A DNA stretch of 64,000 nucleotides from Saprospiraceae bacterium (GTDB lineage Bacteria; Bacteroidota; Bacteroidia; Chitinophagales; Saprospiraceae), in assembly GCA_020629035.1 (NCBI GenBank), contig JAHDEC010000010.1, positions 1-64,000 of the forward strand, given 5' to 3'. Shown piece after piece: positions 1 to 10,042 of the stretch. A model generated the notes under the pieces. The model saw nothing but the letters and a program-made list of their open reading frames with translations, was not told where the DNA came from and did not search any database. Each line of letters begins with the position of its first letter. Positions within the stretch are counted from its first letter, which is position 1. Position numbers and translations under genes: made by a program.

Positions 1-2
1 AT

Positions 3-518
3 TGGCAGTTGGTCGCCATTGCCACCGAATCAGGCATCGAGGAATCGTGGCAAACCTTAGATGTTTTAGATTTTGTTCAGCGAAGCTATTCTGAAGCACC
101 GCTTGATCTCTCTACAGGGGCGACTGATGTACTTGTCACTTTCCCAACAGATGCTATTTTAGAATTATCAAATACCGAATTAATCGTTTTTGTGCAAAAC
201 TTAGATGACAATCAAATAATTAATGGCTACAACATAGCCCTATCCGAATTCTCTATTCTTGAGAACACAGAAGATGCTTCCATCGAAAGTGTGTCAATTT
301 ATCCTAATCCGACAAGGGATATCATCAACTATGATACAACATTGGAAAATCAAGCAGCTATATTACAAGTTTACAACGCGTATGGGCAAATAGTGTGGCA
401 GGAATCGATAGTTGCTGCAAGAGGGCAGCTAGATTGTTCTTCGTTTCCAAATGGTGTATATACCATTAAAATAAGCACAAGCAATAAGCTCTTCAAATCC
501 TCATTTGTAAAACAGTAA
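3..518 (+). CDS. C-terminal part of a secreted protein with a T9SS C-terminal sorting domain (5' end outside the window)
   Basis: Open frame runs from the window edge. The C-terminus (SIYPNPTRDIINYD ... GVYTIKISTSNKLFKSSFVKQ) has the beta-sandwich T9SS CTD pattern seen in Bacteroidota cargo proteins. A hairpin terminator follows. Confidence 0.6.
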   Translation, partial: WQLVAIATESGIEESWQTLDVLDFVQRSYSEAPLDLSTGATDVLVTFPTDAILELSNTELIVFVQNLDDNQIINGYNIALSEFSILENTEDASIESVSIYPNPTRDIINYDTTLENQAAILQVYNAYGQIVWQESIVAARGQLDCSSFPNGVYTIKISTSNKLFKSSFVKQ

Positions 519-528
519 AAGATAAATG

Positions 529-560
529 AGCCTTGCTTCCAAAAAGCAGGGCTTTTTATG
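529..560 (+). terminator. Rho-independent terminator after the first CDS
   Basis: Stem AGCCTTGCTT / AAGCAGGGCT (10 bp with one G-U wobble), 6-nt loop, then TTTTTAT. Confidence 0.6.
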
Positions 561-637
561 GCTTTTGTCGTTAGGGAGTTTCCCAATATTGGGCAATCAA
601 AAGAAAAGAGATTATTTTAATCCATTAAAACCATCTA

Positions 638-2050
638 ATGGACAAGCTGCTAATTATTTCCTTCTTTCTTTTAATCGGACATGCTTCACAGGGACAGTCC
701 TGGGCAAAAACCTACTGGAACGAATTTGATCATGATGCCTTCACCACTTGCATCGGAGAATTATCCGATGGATCGTTAATTGCCGCAGGTCATATTTTTG
801 AAAATGGAAATGGTGGAGATATATTTTACTATAAACTAAACCCTGATGGTGATGTCATTTGGAAATACAGTCTTAGCAGGGATGGTTTTGAACAAGCAGT
901 TGATATTGCTATCCATCCAGATGGTGGTTTTTCATTACTCGCTTGGTCTAATACCGAACGCATTAGCATAAATCAGTTTGATGAAGATGGGTTTTTACTG
1001 GAAAGATTTACTTTTTTAGAACCCCCTCGTAGCTTTCCACGTGACTTTCTTCAACTAGAAAATGGAGATTATTTAATCAGTGGTTATACAGAAAAAAGCG
1101 AAGATCCTTTGGTTAACGAAATAGACCTCTTTCTGCTAAGGAGTAGTTTTGATGGTGAATTAATCTATAGAAGCACTGTTGACTTGGCTGGTCAAAAATG
1201 GGAAGTTCCCACTTCCCTTATTGTTAAAGACGAGTTCGTTTATACAAGCATTTACAATGTATTGGATGACGTGTTTGACCAGTCTATATTTTATCTGTTT
1301 AAATGGAACCTGAGTGATGGTCAGCCTATTTGGCAAGAAAATTTGGGAGAAGGATTAATTACTGATTTAGCATTATCTGCTGACAGTCTTAGCTTAATAG
1401 CTGCTGTGAATGGACCTGATAATTTTTGCTATTTGGCAAGCATTAGTTTTGAGGGAGATATAACTCTTTTAAAGGAAGTCCTCCCTGAAGAGTATTGCGA
1501 ACCCCTGGAAATGCTGGTTTTAGATGATGGTTCGATTGTGCTAAGCGCTATTAGTTATGAGGATGAACTTTTTACTGCAAAAACTTCATTGCTTTACTTT
1601 AATGCTGAGTTGGATTTAATTTGTCGACAGGACTATATTGATGAGTATCAGACCACACCATCATCACTTATCAAGTTAGCAAATGGTAGTGTTTGTTGCA
1701 CCAACAATATTTTCAATGGCAATTGGAGTGATCATCATCCATTAATTGTCAAGCTTGAAGAACCATGTGATGGACCGAGCATTTTAAGTAAATTTACAAA
1801 CAGTCAGCCATCAAAGCATAGCTTTCAGATCACGCCTAATCCAGCAAAAGATTTTATCGAATGGTCTGCAACAAGTAATATAGAAACAACATCATTTCGA
1901 GTTTTATCTACCAATGGAAGATTAATGATGGCAGGAAAAACCAATGAACAAAATCGATTAGATATTAGCCATCTTACTAGCGGTTATTATGTTTTAGTTT
2001 TATTGAAAAATGATGCTAAGCGGAGTCATCTTCCTTTTGTGAAGTTGTAG
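638..2050 (+). CDS. Secreted repeat (beta-propeller-like) protein with T9SS C-terminal domain
   Basis: N-terminal signal peptide MDKLLIISFFLLIGHASQGQ. Repeated DG..I.W-type segments. C-terminus FQITPNPAKDFIEW...YYVLVLLKN matches the T9SS CTD pattern. Confidence 0.55.
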   Translation: MDKLLIISFFLLIGHASQGQSWAKTYWNEFDHDAFTTCIGELSDGSLIAAGHIFENGNGGDIFYYKLNPDGDVIWKYSLSRDGFEQAVDIAIHPDGGFSLLAWSNTERISINQFDEDGFLLERFTFLEPPRSFPRDFLQLENGDYLISGYTEKSEDPLVNEIDLFLLRSSFDGELIYRSTVDLAGQKWEVPTSLIVKDEFVYTSIYNVLDDVFDQSIFYLFKWNLSDGQPIWQENLGEGLITDLALSADSLSLIAAVNGPDNFCYLASISFEGDITLLKEVLPEEYCEPLEMLVLDDGSIVLSAISYEDELFTAKTSLLYFNAELDLICRQDYIDEYQTTPSSLIKLANGSVCCTNNIFNGNWSDHHPLIVKLEEPCDGPSILSKFTNSQPSKHSFQITPNPAKDFIEWSATSNIETTSFRVLSTNGRLMMAGKTNEQNRLDISHLTSGYYVLVLLKNDAKRSHLPFVKL

Positions 2051-2141
2051 TAAATAGGATATTGACCAATGCTGATTATACTCCTTGAGCTATTTGAATC
2101 GTTGGAATGGAATAGCACTTAAAACACGAGGCTGCTCATTT

Positions 2142-3185
2142 ATGGTTAAAAAAGTGATTCAATATTCAGCACTACTCATTCTAGTATACTGCCTTGCTGG
2201 GCTTTCTCTTCCCTACTCGCAAAAACGACTAAGTAATATTTGTTACAAACAAGCAAATTACTTAGGAGGGGCACTCGCTCAAGGATTAGACTACAAGCTT
2301 CAAAACCAATATCCAGAAGGTTATATTTTTAGTCATTCGCTATTGGCACTTTCCTTAATAGAGCTTCACCAGAAAGACTCAAAACGATTTAAACAGCATC
2401 ACCAAAGAAGCCTAAAAAACAGCATCACCAAACTAATTGCCGAAGAAGCCAAACAGACTTTTTCAGAGGACTTAACACTGCCATATGGAGCCTTTTATAA
2501 TGGCTGGACTAATCTAGTATTAAAAAAATTCCTGTCCTCAACATTGAGTTACGAATTTACTAATAGACAAAAATACCTCGATAAACATCATCAACTGAGT
2601 CAGCGTATTAAGCAAGCATTAAAAACAGATACCTTATTGGAGAGCTATCATGAAAGTTACTGGCCTGCTGATAATCTTGCCTGTATAACTTCCTTAACTG
2701 AAGAGGAAGCTGAAGAGTTTTATGATGTTTGGCTAAACCATCTAAAGTTAGGTGAAGCATCTTTGATTCCACATGATTTACAGCAAAAAGAAATTAGGGG
2801 ATCATCCCAAGCACTAAGTCTTTATTTCCTTTCGGAAATACAACAGGATTCAAGTTTATTTGCGATGAATGCACTATTTAAAACTCAATTTGAAAAGCGA
2901 GTTTTAGGTATCCATTTTATCCGAGAAAATCAAGACCAATCCAATAAGATGGATGTTGATTCCGGACCAGTAATTTGGGGTATTGGAAGTGTTGCTACTT
3001 TAATGAATGTGCGTGCTCAATCATGCATGAGTGTAAATTCAGGCCCTACATTTACTTATGGTTTTTTAAATCTTTTAGGTGTGCCTATCACGGGTTTCAA
3101 ATCGAAATATTACCTATTTAAACAAGCCCCGATGTTTGACTTATTTATGCTTTGGGTTGGGGTGAGTTTGTTAGATAAAGTGTAA
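2142..3185 (+). CDS. Hypothetical membrane-anchored protein
   Basis: Long ORF. The ATG at 2142 gives an N-terminal hydrophobic segment (MVKKVIQYSALLILVYCLAGL). The ORF track starts earlier at a TTG. No recognisable catalytic motif. Confidence 0.4.
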   Translation: MVKKVIQYSALLILVYCLAGLSLPYSQKRLSNICYKQANYLGGALAQGLDYKLQNQYPEGYIFSHSLLALSLIELHQKDSKRFKQHHQRSLKNSITKLIAEEAKQTFSEDLTLPYGAFYNGWTNLVLKKFLSSTLSYEFTNRQKYLDKHHQLSQRIKQALKTDTLLESYHESYWPADNLACITSLTEEEAEEFYDVWLNHLKLGEASLIPHDLQQKEIRGSSQALSLYFLSEIQQDSSLFAMNALFKTQFEKRVLGIHFIRENQDQSNKMDVDSGPVIWGIGSVATLMNVRAQSCMSVNSGPTFTYGFLNLLGVPITGFKSKYYLFKQAPMFDLFMLWVGVSLLDKV

Positions 3186-3243
3186 GGTTTTAGTTTTTTT
3201 TATTATCATTAGGTAACGCTACATTAAACTTAAGTTACGTAAG

Positions 3244-4179
3244 ATGAATAGGTCTCTTCTGCCCATATCAAGCATCGTTCTGCTCTTATCCTTATTGTTT
3301 AGTATCTGTTTAGATGCTCAGAAAGATGAATCGAGTCAAGACGTTTTGATTAAGCATGTAACTATTAAAGTTGAAAAAATTCATCACTCGCTTAAGCTTG
3401 CTGAGTATTTAGAAGAAGAGATTATAGAAGCAATGAGGGAGATCTTCGAAGCTAATGACATAGTCTGTATGCAAGAAAATTCCCACATGTACCCTCCAAT
3501 CAAAAATAATGACAAGAAATACTATGATGTGCTCATCAGCATCGATAGTGATGCATCACTTGATTGTGGTCTGATAACGGCTAAACTGAGAAATCAAATG
3601 GGTCTCAATGTGTATTTTAAGCGGAAATCTTTGTTTGGGGTTAGAGGTAGTTTAGATGATCACTGTGAGCAAAAAATCATACATCAAGCTAAGACTTATG
3701 CAAAACGGATGTGCGGTTTTTTATCTAAAGATCAGCGTGACAACTATCTAAAAAAACCGCTCGCAAAAGATGCTAGCAAATCATATAAAACCATTCAACT
3801 CCCTGACATAAAAAACATTGAAACTGGTATTTTACGCGATTCCCTGACAAGCATCCTTGACTCCAAGGATCGCCTAGCCCTAGAAGGAATTTATGAACCA
3901 GAAGATGTATCTGGTGGATTATACACACTAGGGATTATTTATCATGAACACTCCTATAAAATAATTTGCCTTTCTTCTAATCGACAAAATTGGAAAGAAG
4001 GAGATTTAAAAGGAGCTTCTGTTTCCAATATCAATAGTCCTGGTGAAAACCCCACTTTTTACTGGTATATGGCCAACGGAAAAATGGAACTAGCTGTATT
4101 TAATCACTTAGAAAACAATCGACTCAGGTTGACAATTTTAAATGTCGGCTTAACTAGAACATATAAGAAAGTCTATTAA
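3244..4179 (+). CDS. Hypothetical secreted protein or lipoprotein
   Basis: Signal peptide MNRSLLPISSIVLLLSLLFSICLDAQ. No recognisable domain. Confidence 0.45.
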   Translation: MNRSLLPISSIVLLLSLLFSICLDAQKDESSQDVLIKHVTIKVEKIHHSLKLAEYLEEEIIEAMREIFEANDIVCMQENSHMYPPIKNNDKKYYDVLISIDSDASLDCGLITAKLRNQMGLNVYFKRKSLFGVRGSLDDHCEQKIIHQAKTYAKRMCGFLSKDQRDNYLKKPLAKDASKSYKTIQLPDIKNIETGILRDSLTSILDSKDRLALEGIYEPEDVSGGLYTLGIIYHEHSYKIICLSSNRQNWKEGDLKGASVSNINSPGENPTFYWYMANGKMELAVFNHLENNRLRLTILNVGLTRTYKKVY

Positions 4180-4285
4180 ATTAAGTTCTTATGAGTCTGC
4201 AAATATTCAAGCGGGTTCCGTTAAACAAAACATAAAAAATAGTCTTCAGAATAATACACTCAGCATTTCTTTTTAATTTAAAACC

Positions 4286-5074
4286 ATGATCAGTTTATCT
4301 ATAAAGACTTGCATAGCATGCGTTTTTATGTTCTGCATGTTAAACTCCAGCAGCATAAAATCACAAACTATTAGTGATGATTATCACGAGACTTTTGAAA
4401 TCCTAAAAGTAGACCCATCATTTTCCATCAGCAAAGAGCAAGTTGAGGATTTGACATCCCTTGAAGAAATCAACAAACACTTTAAACCTGAGTGGGTAAA
4501 ACAGTATTTCTCCGTAAAAACTATGGCCATTATTGATGGAAAGGAAAAAAGTGTGACTAGTGAAAACAACCATATAGATTCAGCACAAAAAGCCTTACTA
4601 AAACAAGCCGACGAGCACGAATTAGTGCACATTAGCATCAACTATTTACCGAATAACTCCTTAAAGCAAAACGAGGCAAAAGAAATACATTTTTCGTTTG
4701 CTTTCAAACCTAGCATAGATGCAGTTCCTTTGGAAGGAAACGCGACATTGGCCCATAAAATAAAGGAAGAATTAAGTGCCAAGAACTTAGCTTACCGACA
4801 AGAAAAACATCAGCTAGCCATTGCTACTTTTTCGATCTCAGCTGAAGGACATCCATTTAACGTGAAGATGGTTTCATCAACTAAAAACCCAACCATTGAT
4901 TCGGTGATTGTTGAACAACTAAATTGCATGCCGAAATGGAATCCAGCTAGTTATGCAAATGGTAAAGCAACACAACAAGATTTTGCATTGCTGATTGGCG
5001 ATGATCAAAGCTGCAATATTAATCTAGTCAACGTGGAGCAACACGAAAATTTCGGTCTACTCCATCGAAAATAA
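4286..5074 (+). CDS. TonB C-terminal-domain-like protein
   Basis: N-terminal hydrophobic anchor. C-terminal segment NVKMVSS...EQLNCMPKWNPASYANGKATQQDFALLI resembles the K-W-x-P-A-x-x-N-G-K motif of TonB C-terminal (energy transducer) domains. Confidence 0.4.
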   Translation: MISLSIKTCIACVFMFCMLNSSSIKSQTISDDYHETFEILKVDPSFSISKEQVEDLTSLEEINKHFKPEWVKQYFSVKTMAIIDGKEKSVTSENNHIDSAQKALLKQADEHELVHISINYLPNNSLKQNEAKEIHFSFAFKPSIDAVPLEGNATLAHKIKEELSAKNLAYRQEKHQLAIATFSISAEGHPFNVKMVSSTKNPTIDSVIVEQLNCMPKWNPASYANGKATQQDFALLIGDDQSCNINLVNVEQHENFGLLHRK

Positions 5075-5101
5075 AAGAGTGCTAAGTAGTTAGTAAACAA
5101 C

Positions 5102-6757
5102 TTAGTTTGCTAAAAATTTGAGAGTTTGCCGTTCACCATTCTTTAGTATGATTGTCCCTAAATATAGACCAAAGTTGGGCTCAAATTCAACACTTGCATT
5201 GCTTATCCCAGGTATAAATTGATGTAACAATTTTCCTTGTAAATCATAAAGAAATACTTGCTCTACATCATGGACATTAGCCAAAACCTCGATGCGATTA
5301 TTACTGGAGTTATATTGTAAATAAACCTCGATATTCTGCTCCTGTTTGGTGCTCGAAACTAATTCGCAATCATTCGGATTATTTTCAATGGGCAAACCAG
5401 GTGTCAAATCCAGGCCGTCAAAACCTGGATAATCAGGACCATATTTATAAGCTCTGAAATTTGCATTATCGCTAATGTTTTGACCTTGTGTGGCAGGAAA
5501 ATCTCCAAATAAAGGAATTTCATATTCCCAAGCTACATCCCGATCAGGAGTAACTTCAAAGATTAAACCCGGCGATCCTGCATTAATTAGTGTATTGCCA
5601 TTAGGAAGTCTCTGCGCATTGGAAAGAAAAGCGCTATAAAAGTTTTCTCCGCCCTGGTCACCATAAATAGTTTCTAAGGCGGCTGGACCGTATGGCACGC
5701 CCTCTACTCTGGTATAAAAACCCGGTGAATCTTGAGGTGGGTTTAATAGCTGAACTTGCGAAAAATCGGCGCCAGGTTTACCATTACCATTGTTGTAAAT
5801 TAATATTTGGAGTTCATCATCTAAACCTTCTTGTATCCAATGTACACCATGCTGCCCCCATAATAATTGGCCTTCGGGCGGCGCACCTTGATAGGCAGAT
5901 GCATTTCCCCAACGATACAAAATATCTCCACCTTTACCGTAAATGCCTCCTTCATGACTGGCAGCTTCTTCGGTTGTTGTGCTATGGTCGATAATCCATA
6001 CTTCATCTGAATTACGGACTGAAATCAAAATTTGGTCAAGTGTTTCATTATAATCAATGGCATTAAAATGATTCCAATCACGGCTCGCATTAGAGTTACT
6101 ACTGTTCAACTCAGGCAAGTTTATGTCAAACAATTCAGGATGATCAGCCACAAATCCGAAGCCTTCTTTAGTATCATCAAAATCCTGTATGTAATGATCG
6201 TTAATGTGCCATTCCCAGACAATATTTGCATCATCTGAACCCACTGGTTCCAACTCTACAATCTTTTCTGACCACATAAAATTCTGAGATGCTATTTCAT
6301 CCGGATTCCTCCCTAATTCGATCAATTCATCACGATAAGTAAGCTCCCAAGTCAACATGAGTACATTTCCATTAGGCATCATCACTGCATCGTGATGTGA
6401 TAACTGCTCTGAGGTATTAATTTCATATTTCCAAATAACATTATTGTTCCAATCCACTAACTCGATTCCTCCCGCATTACTCGCTGAAGTAAAAGGTCCC
6501 TCAGGATCCACTTTATAGGTTCTAAACAGGTGACCACTTTCTAAAAAATAAGCGGCCAAACCGGGTCTTGTACCTCGGTCCCAATCATTAATTAAATTCC
6601 CACAATTATCCACTAACCATGCCTTAGTGCCCGAAAAGGGAGAAAAGAAGGTATATCCTTCAAAGACTTCATCTGTGGAGGATAAAACACCTACGGTTGT
6701 TTGACTAAACAGAGGCAAAATGCTGAGTGTAATGAAGAGGGATAGCCATATTTTCAT
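5102..6757 (-). CDS. Arylsulfotransferase (ASST)-like beta-propeller protein with T9SS C-terminal domain
   Basis: Signal peptide. W.W/HHD-type motifs (VDWNNNVIWKY, HHDAVMMPNGN, IVWEWHINDH, WNHFNAID). C-terminal T9SS CTD (VFLYDLQGKLL...LKNGERQTLKFLAN). Confidence 0.45.
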   Translation of the reverse strand: MKIWLSLFITLSILPLFSQTTVGVLSSTDEVFEGYTFFSPFSGTKAWLVDNCGNLINDWDRGTRPGLAAYFLESGHLFRTYKVDPEGPFTSASNAGGIELVDWNNNVIWKYEINTSEQLSHHDAVMMPNGNVLMLTWELTYRDELIELGRNPDEIASQNFMWSEKIVELEPVGSDDANIVWEWHINDHYIQDFDDTKEGFGFVADHPELFDINLPELNSSNSNASRDWNHFNAIDYNETLDQILISVRNSDEVWIIDHSTTTEEAASHEGGIYGKGGDILYRWGNASAYQGAPPEGQLLWGQHGVHWIQEGLDDELQILIYNNGNGKPGADFSQVQLLNPPQDSPGFYTRVEGVPYGPAALETIYGDQGGENFYSAFLSNAQRLPNGNTLINAGSPGLIFEVTPDRDVAWEYEIPLFGDFPATQGQNISDNANFRAYKYGPDYPGFDGLDLTPGLPIENNPNDCELVSSTKQEQNIEVYLQYNSSNNRIEVLANVHDVEQVFLYDLQGKLLHQFIPGISNASVEFEPNFGLYLGTIILKNGERQTLKFLAN

Positions 6758-6879
6758 AAGTAAGTAATAACTGTTTGGCGACTAAGATAATGTTTGTTGC
6801 TGAAGGATTAGATTTTGATTAACTTAATGTTTTACCTGAAATAAAATATATGAATTCAAACACTTAATTGTAGTCATTT

Positions 6880-7001
6880 ACATATTTTAATTTTTTATAT
6901 TTATTTTATTTTAATATATTTTAAACTTTTAATCAGTAGATTATAAATGTAATATATATTATATATATTATATTTAAATATTTACTTAAAATTATATAAT
7001 C
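6880..7001. repeat. AT-only low-complexity (TATATAT-type) tract in the promoter region
   Basis: Runs such as aatatatattatatatattatatttaaatattt lie directly upstream of the 7002 start codon. Confidence 0.6.
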
Positions 7002-7910
7002 ATGCAATCATTAACTTCCATAAAAATTATCTTGTTTTTATCTTTTTGCACTCATCTCCCAGCACAAACACCAAAAAATCTTAAAGACTTTAATACAATA
7101 CTTCCTCCAAACTGCATACCTATTAATGACACATTGCTTTGCGACCAAACTGAAGTAAGTAATTTAAACTGGAAAGAATACACATACTACATTAAGAAAG
7201 TAATGGGTGAAGAGTCCGTGGAAGCCAAATCAGCGATGAGTGACCAAGATGGTCATATGTTTAAATTAGACCCTGATAATGGCTCAAAAAAGGGCCGAAT
7301 ACCAGTCCATAAGTCCCAATACCATCATTACGCCTTTTATGACGACTACCCCGTAATCGGCATTAGCTTACAGCAGGCAAAGAATTTTTGCACTTGGAGA
7401 TCTAATGTGGTATTCGAACATTTTCTTGTCGAACGCAACATTCTAGAATCCAGCACTTTAAGCCAAAATCGAGATAATCATTTCACTATTGACAACTACC
7501 TACATAGCGAAATTGCCCAAGAGAATAAACATTTAGTAAGCCATTACCCTAGATACTTTATTCCATCAGAAGAAGAGTGGAGCCTATTGAAGGAAAAAAT
7601 TCAAAATAATGAAATTAAAATTGGAAAAATAAATTCAAGATCAGCCGCAAAAAAGCATCAAAACAAAAAGATAATACCTATCCAAGCAGTCAGAAACACA
7701 AGTCAAAAAACCAAAAACACATTTTATCATATCCTTGGAAATGTGTCCGAAATGATTGATGAAGAATTTTACGTGGAAGGCGGAGACTATACGCAAACGG
7801 CTGATGACATCTTACTTTTGGAGAAAAAGAAGGAAATCTATCCGAGTGATTTTGTGGGCTTTAGATGCTTTTTCGTGTGGGAAGAGATCGACTATGAACT
7901 TTACAAATAA
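7002..7910 (+). CDS. FGE-sulfatase (SUMF1/GldJ-like) domain protein, secreted
   Basis: Signal peptide. YPVIGISLQQAKNFCTWRSN matches the hPV..VsW.dA.aYC.W motif. GNVSEMIDEEF matches the GNVWEW-like motif. Terminal GFRCFF matches GFRC. Confidence 0.6.
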   Translation: MQSLTSIKIILFLSFCTHLPAQTPKNLKDFNTILPPNCIPINDTLLCDQTEVSNLNWKEYTYYIKKVMGEESVEAKSAMSDQDGHMFKLDPDNGSKKGRIPVHKSQYHHYAFYDDYPVIGISLQQAKNFCTWRSNVVFEHFLVERNILESSTLSQNRDNHFTIDNYLHSEIAQENKHLVSHYPRYFIPSEEEWSLLKEKIQNNEIKIGKINSRSAAKKHQNKKIIPIQAVRNTSQKTKNTFYHILGNVSEMIDEEFYVEGGDYTQTADDILLLEKKKEIYPSDFVGFRCFFVWEEIDYELYK

Positions 7911-8086
7911 TCTCATATTATATATTTTTATAATATATTGGAGACCAAACAGAATAACATTTGTCAAGGGTCTTTAAATGACAATTTACATTTATACTTG
8001 CCATTGATTATCTATTTGAGATTGTTTTACAGCCTTAATAATTTTAGCAACTCATTATTTGAGTTGAAATTTGTACTTTCGATTGA

Positions 8087-9931
8087 ATGAAGATTGAATC
8101 CAAATTGAGACTTACTCTACTCCTAGCTATTTGGTGTACAAGCATAGCTGGTGTACACGGACAAAAAGCCCTAATCATAGGTATTGATGGAATCCGCTCA
8201 GATGTTTTTGAATCTAGTCATACACCTGTGCTTGATGATTTAATTAGCGATGGGCTATATAGTCCGGATTGTCTCAACGATGATATAACCATTAGTGGGC
8301 CTGGTTGGTCAGCCATACTTTGTGGGGTGAGGTCTGAGAAACATGGTGTCACTGGCAATGACTTTTCTTCTAACAACTATGATGATTATCCGACCGTCAT
8401 TAAATACATCGAAGAAGCTAACCCTAACCTTAGCACCATTTCTATTTGTAATTGGAACCCAATTAATGATTTTATTGTCCAAAGCTATGCAGATACTAAA
8501 GAGAATGTTGGTTCAGATATAGATGTCGAGACTAGAGCTAGACACTATCTAGATGTCGAAGATCCAGACTTGCTCTTCTTACATTTTGACGAATGCGATG
8601 GTGCGGGTCATAGTACAGGATTTACGAGTGACTCTCCTGATTATGTCACTGCCATAGAAACCACTGATTCACTCATAGGCGAAGTCATTAATAGTTTACT
8701 GGCTCGACCAAACTACTCGGACGAAAACTGGGCAATTTTTATTACTTCTGATCATGGCGGGATAGGATTTAGTCATGGCGGCCAGACTATAGAAGAACGT
8801 AGGATTCCTTTTATCATTTCTGGAGATTCCATTGAAACTACGGTGATAGTAAAGGATAGTAGTCTTATATCTGTCAGCAATTGCTTGATGGATACAACTG
8901 AGTTGACATTTGATGGTGATAATGACTATGTAGAGTTCCCCCATATCCCAGATTATGATTTTGGACCAAATCAAGATTTTACAGTGGAGTGCAGAGTGAG
9001 AACATCTATGGCCGCGGATGTCGCTATAATGGGCAATAAAGATTGGGATAGTGGAAATAACAAAGGATTTGTATTCTCCTTTAAGTATCCAAGTGGACCT
9101 GAATGGAAAGTTAATATCGGCGACGGAAGTAACCGAGCTGATCTAAATATCGGTGCAAGTATTGCGGATAACGAATGGCACAGTCTTTCTGTCACCTTTG
9201 ATAGAGACGGTATGATGAAAATGTATCAAGAGGGTGTCTTTGTGGGCGAGACCTCTATTGCTTCTATCGGAGACATAGACAATAGCTCAGGTATATTCCT
9301 TGGCACAGATATCAACCAAGCATACGATTTTGGTGGATCTATTGCTGAAGTACGAATTTGGGATACAGTATTAGGAGCATCTTCAATCGCTGATTATGCT
9401 TGTAATGAAATAGATGCTCAGCATCCAAATTATAGCTCACTTATTGGATACTGGAAACTAGATGATGAGAATGCTACTGTGATTGAGGATTTTTCTACCA
9501 ATGATAATGATGGGACTATATCAGATGCAACATGGATGGCTACAGATTCTATATATGTGTATGATTACTCGGAGACTCCAAAACTTGTTGATCTTCCGGT
9601 CTCAGTACTCGGTCACCTCTGCATGGCTGCCGAGCCTTCTTGGGATATTGATGGACAAAGCTGGGTAGCCGATTGCACCTACGACTTATCGGCTTGCGTT
9701 AATCCAGGCTACATCACTTGGAATGGATCTATATCTGACAATTGGCATGATGCAAGCAATTGGGATAAAGGCAGAGTGCCCCTTGTTTGTGATAATGTTA
9801 TCATACCAGCAGATTTTTCTGTTAATATCCAAGCGGGTTCAACTGCAGTTTGCTACACCCTTGAAACAATAGGCAACGCCGAATTGTGTCAAGATGCCGG
9901 AGCAAACTTCGAAGTGCTCACTAATGACTAA
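8087..9931 (+). CDS. Alkaline-phosphatase-superfamily nucleotide pyrophosphatase/phosphodiesterase (ENPP-like) fused to a C-terminal LamG/concanavalin-like domain
   Basis: Signal peptide. IIGIDGIRSD, GPGWSAILCG, HFDECDGAGHSTGF and ITSDHGG are the metal-ligand motifs of type I phosphodiesterase/AP-superfamily enzymes. The C-terminal half (FTVECRVRTSMAADVAIMGNKDWDSGNNKGFVF...) is LamG-like. Confidence 0.65.
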   Translation: MKIESKLRLTLLLAIWCTSIAGVHGQKALIIGIDGIRSDVFESSHTPVLDDLISDGLYSPDCLNDDITISGPGWSAILCGVRSEKHGVTGNDFSSNNYDDYPTVIKYIEEANPNLSTISICNWNPINDFIVQSYADTKENVGSDIDVETRARHYLDVEDPDLLFLHFDECDGAGHSTGFTSDSPDYVTAIETTDSLIGEVINSLLARPNYSDENWAIFITSDHGGIGFSHGGQTIEERRIPFIISGDSIETTVIVKDSSLISVSNCLMDTTELTFDGDNDYVEFPHIPDYDFGPNQDFTVECRVRTSMAADVAIMGNKDWDSGNNKGFVFSFKYPSGPEWKVNIGDGSNRADLNIGASIADNEWHSLSVTFDRDGMMKMYQEGVFVGETSIASIGDIDNSSGIFLGTDINQAYDFGGSIAEVRIWDTVLGASSIADYACNEIDAQHPNYSSLIGYWKLDDENATVIEDFSTNDNDGTISDATWMATDSIYVYDYSETPKLVDLPVSVLGHLCMAAEPSWDIDGQSWVADCTYDLSACVNPGYITWNGSISDNWHDASNWDKGRVPLVCDNVIIPADFSVNIQAGSTAVCYTLETIGNAELCQDAGANFEVLTND

Positions 9932-9990
9932 AGCCAATTATGACCCTTGCTTCGCTAATGAAGATGATCAGCATTGGCCTAAATAACAAA

Positions 9991-10019
9991 AGCACAAGCT
10001 GCGCTTACAGTCTTGTGCT
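9991..10019 (-). terminator. Hairpin terminator downstream of the flotillin gene (minus strand)
   Basis: Perfect 8-bp inverted repeat AGCACAAG ... CTTGTGCT. On the minus strand it is followed by TTTGTTATTT. Confidence 0.45.
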
Positions 10020-10042
10020 TCTATCCTTTATAGACAACTAGC

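Noticed and set aside
4384-4641. 85-aa minus-strand ORF
   Set aside because: It overlaps the TonB-like plus-strand gene and is Cys/Ser-rich with no start context.
5692-6238. Small ORFs (61-100 aa) on both strands inside the ASST-like gene
   Set aside because: They lie fully within a long, well-supported minus-strand CDS. No independent support.
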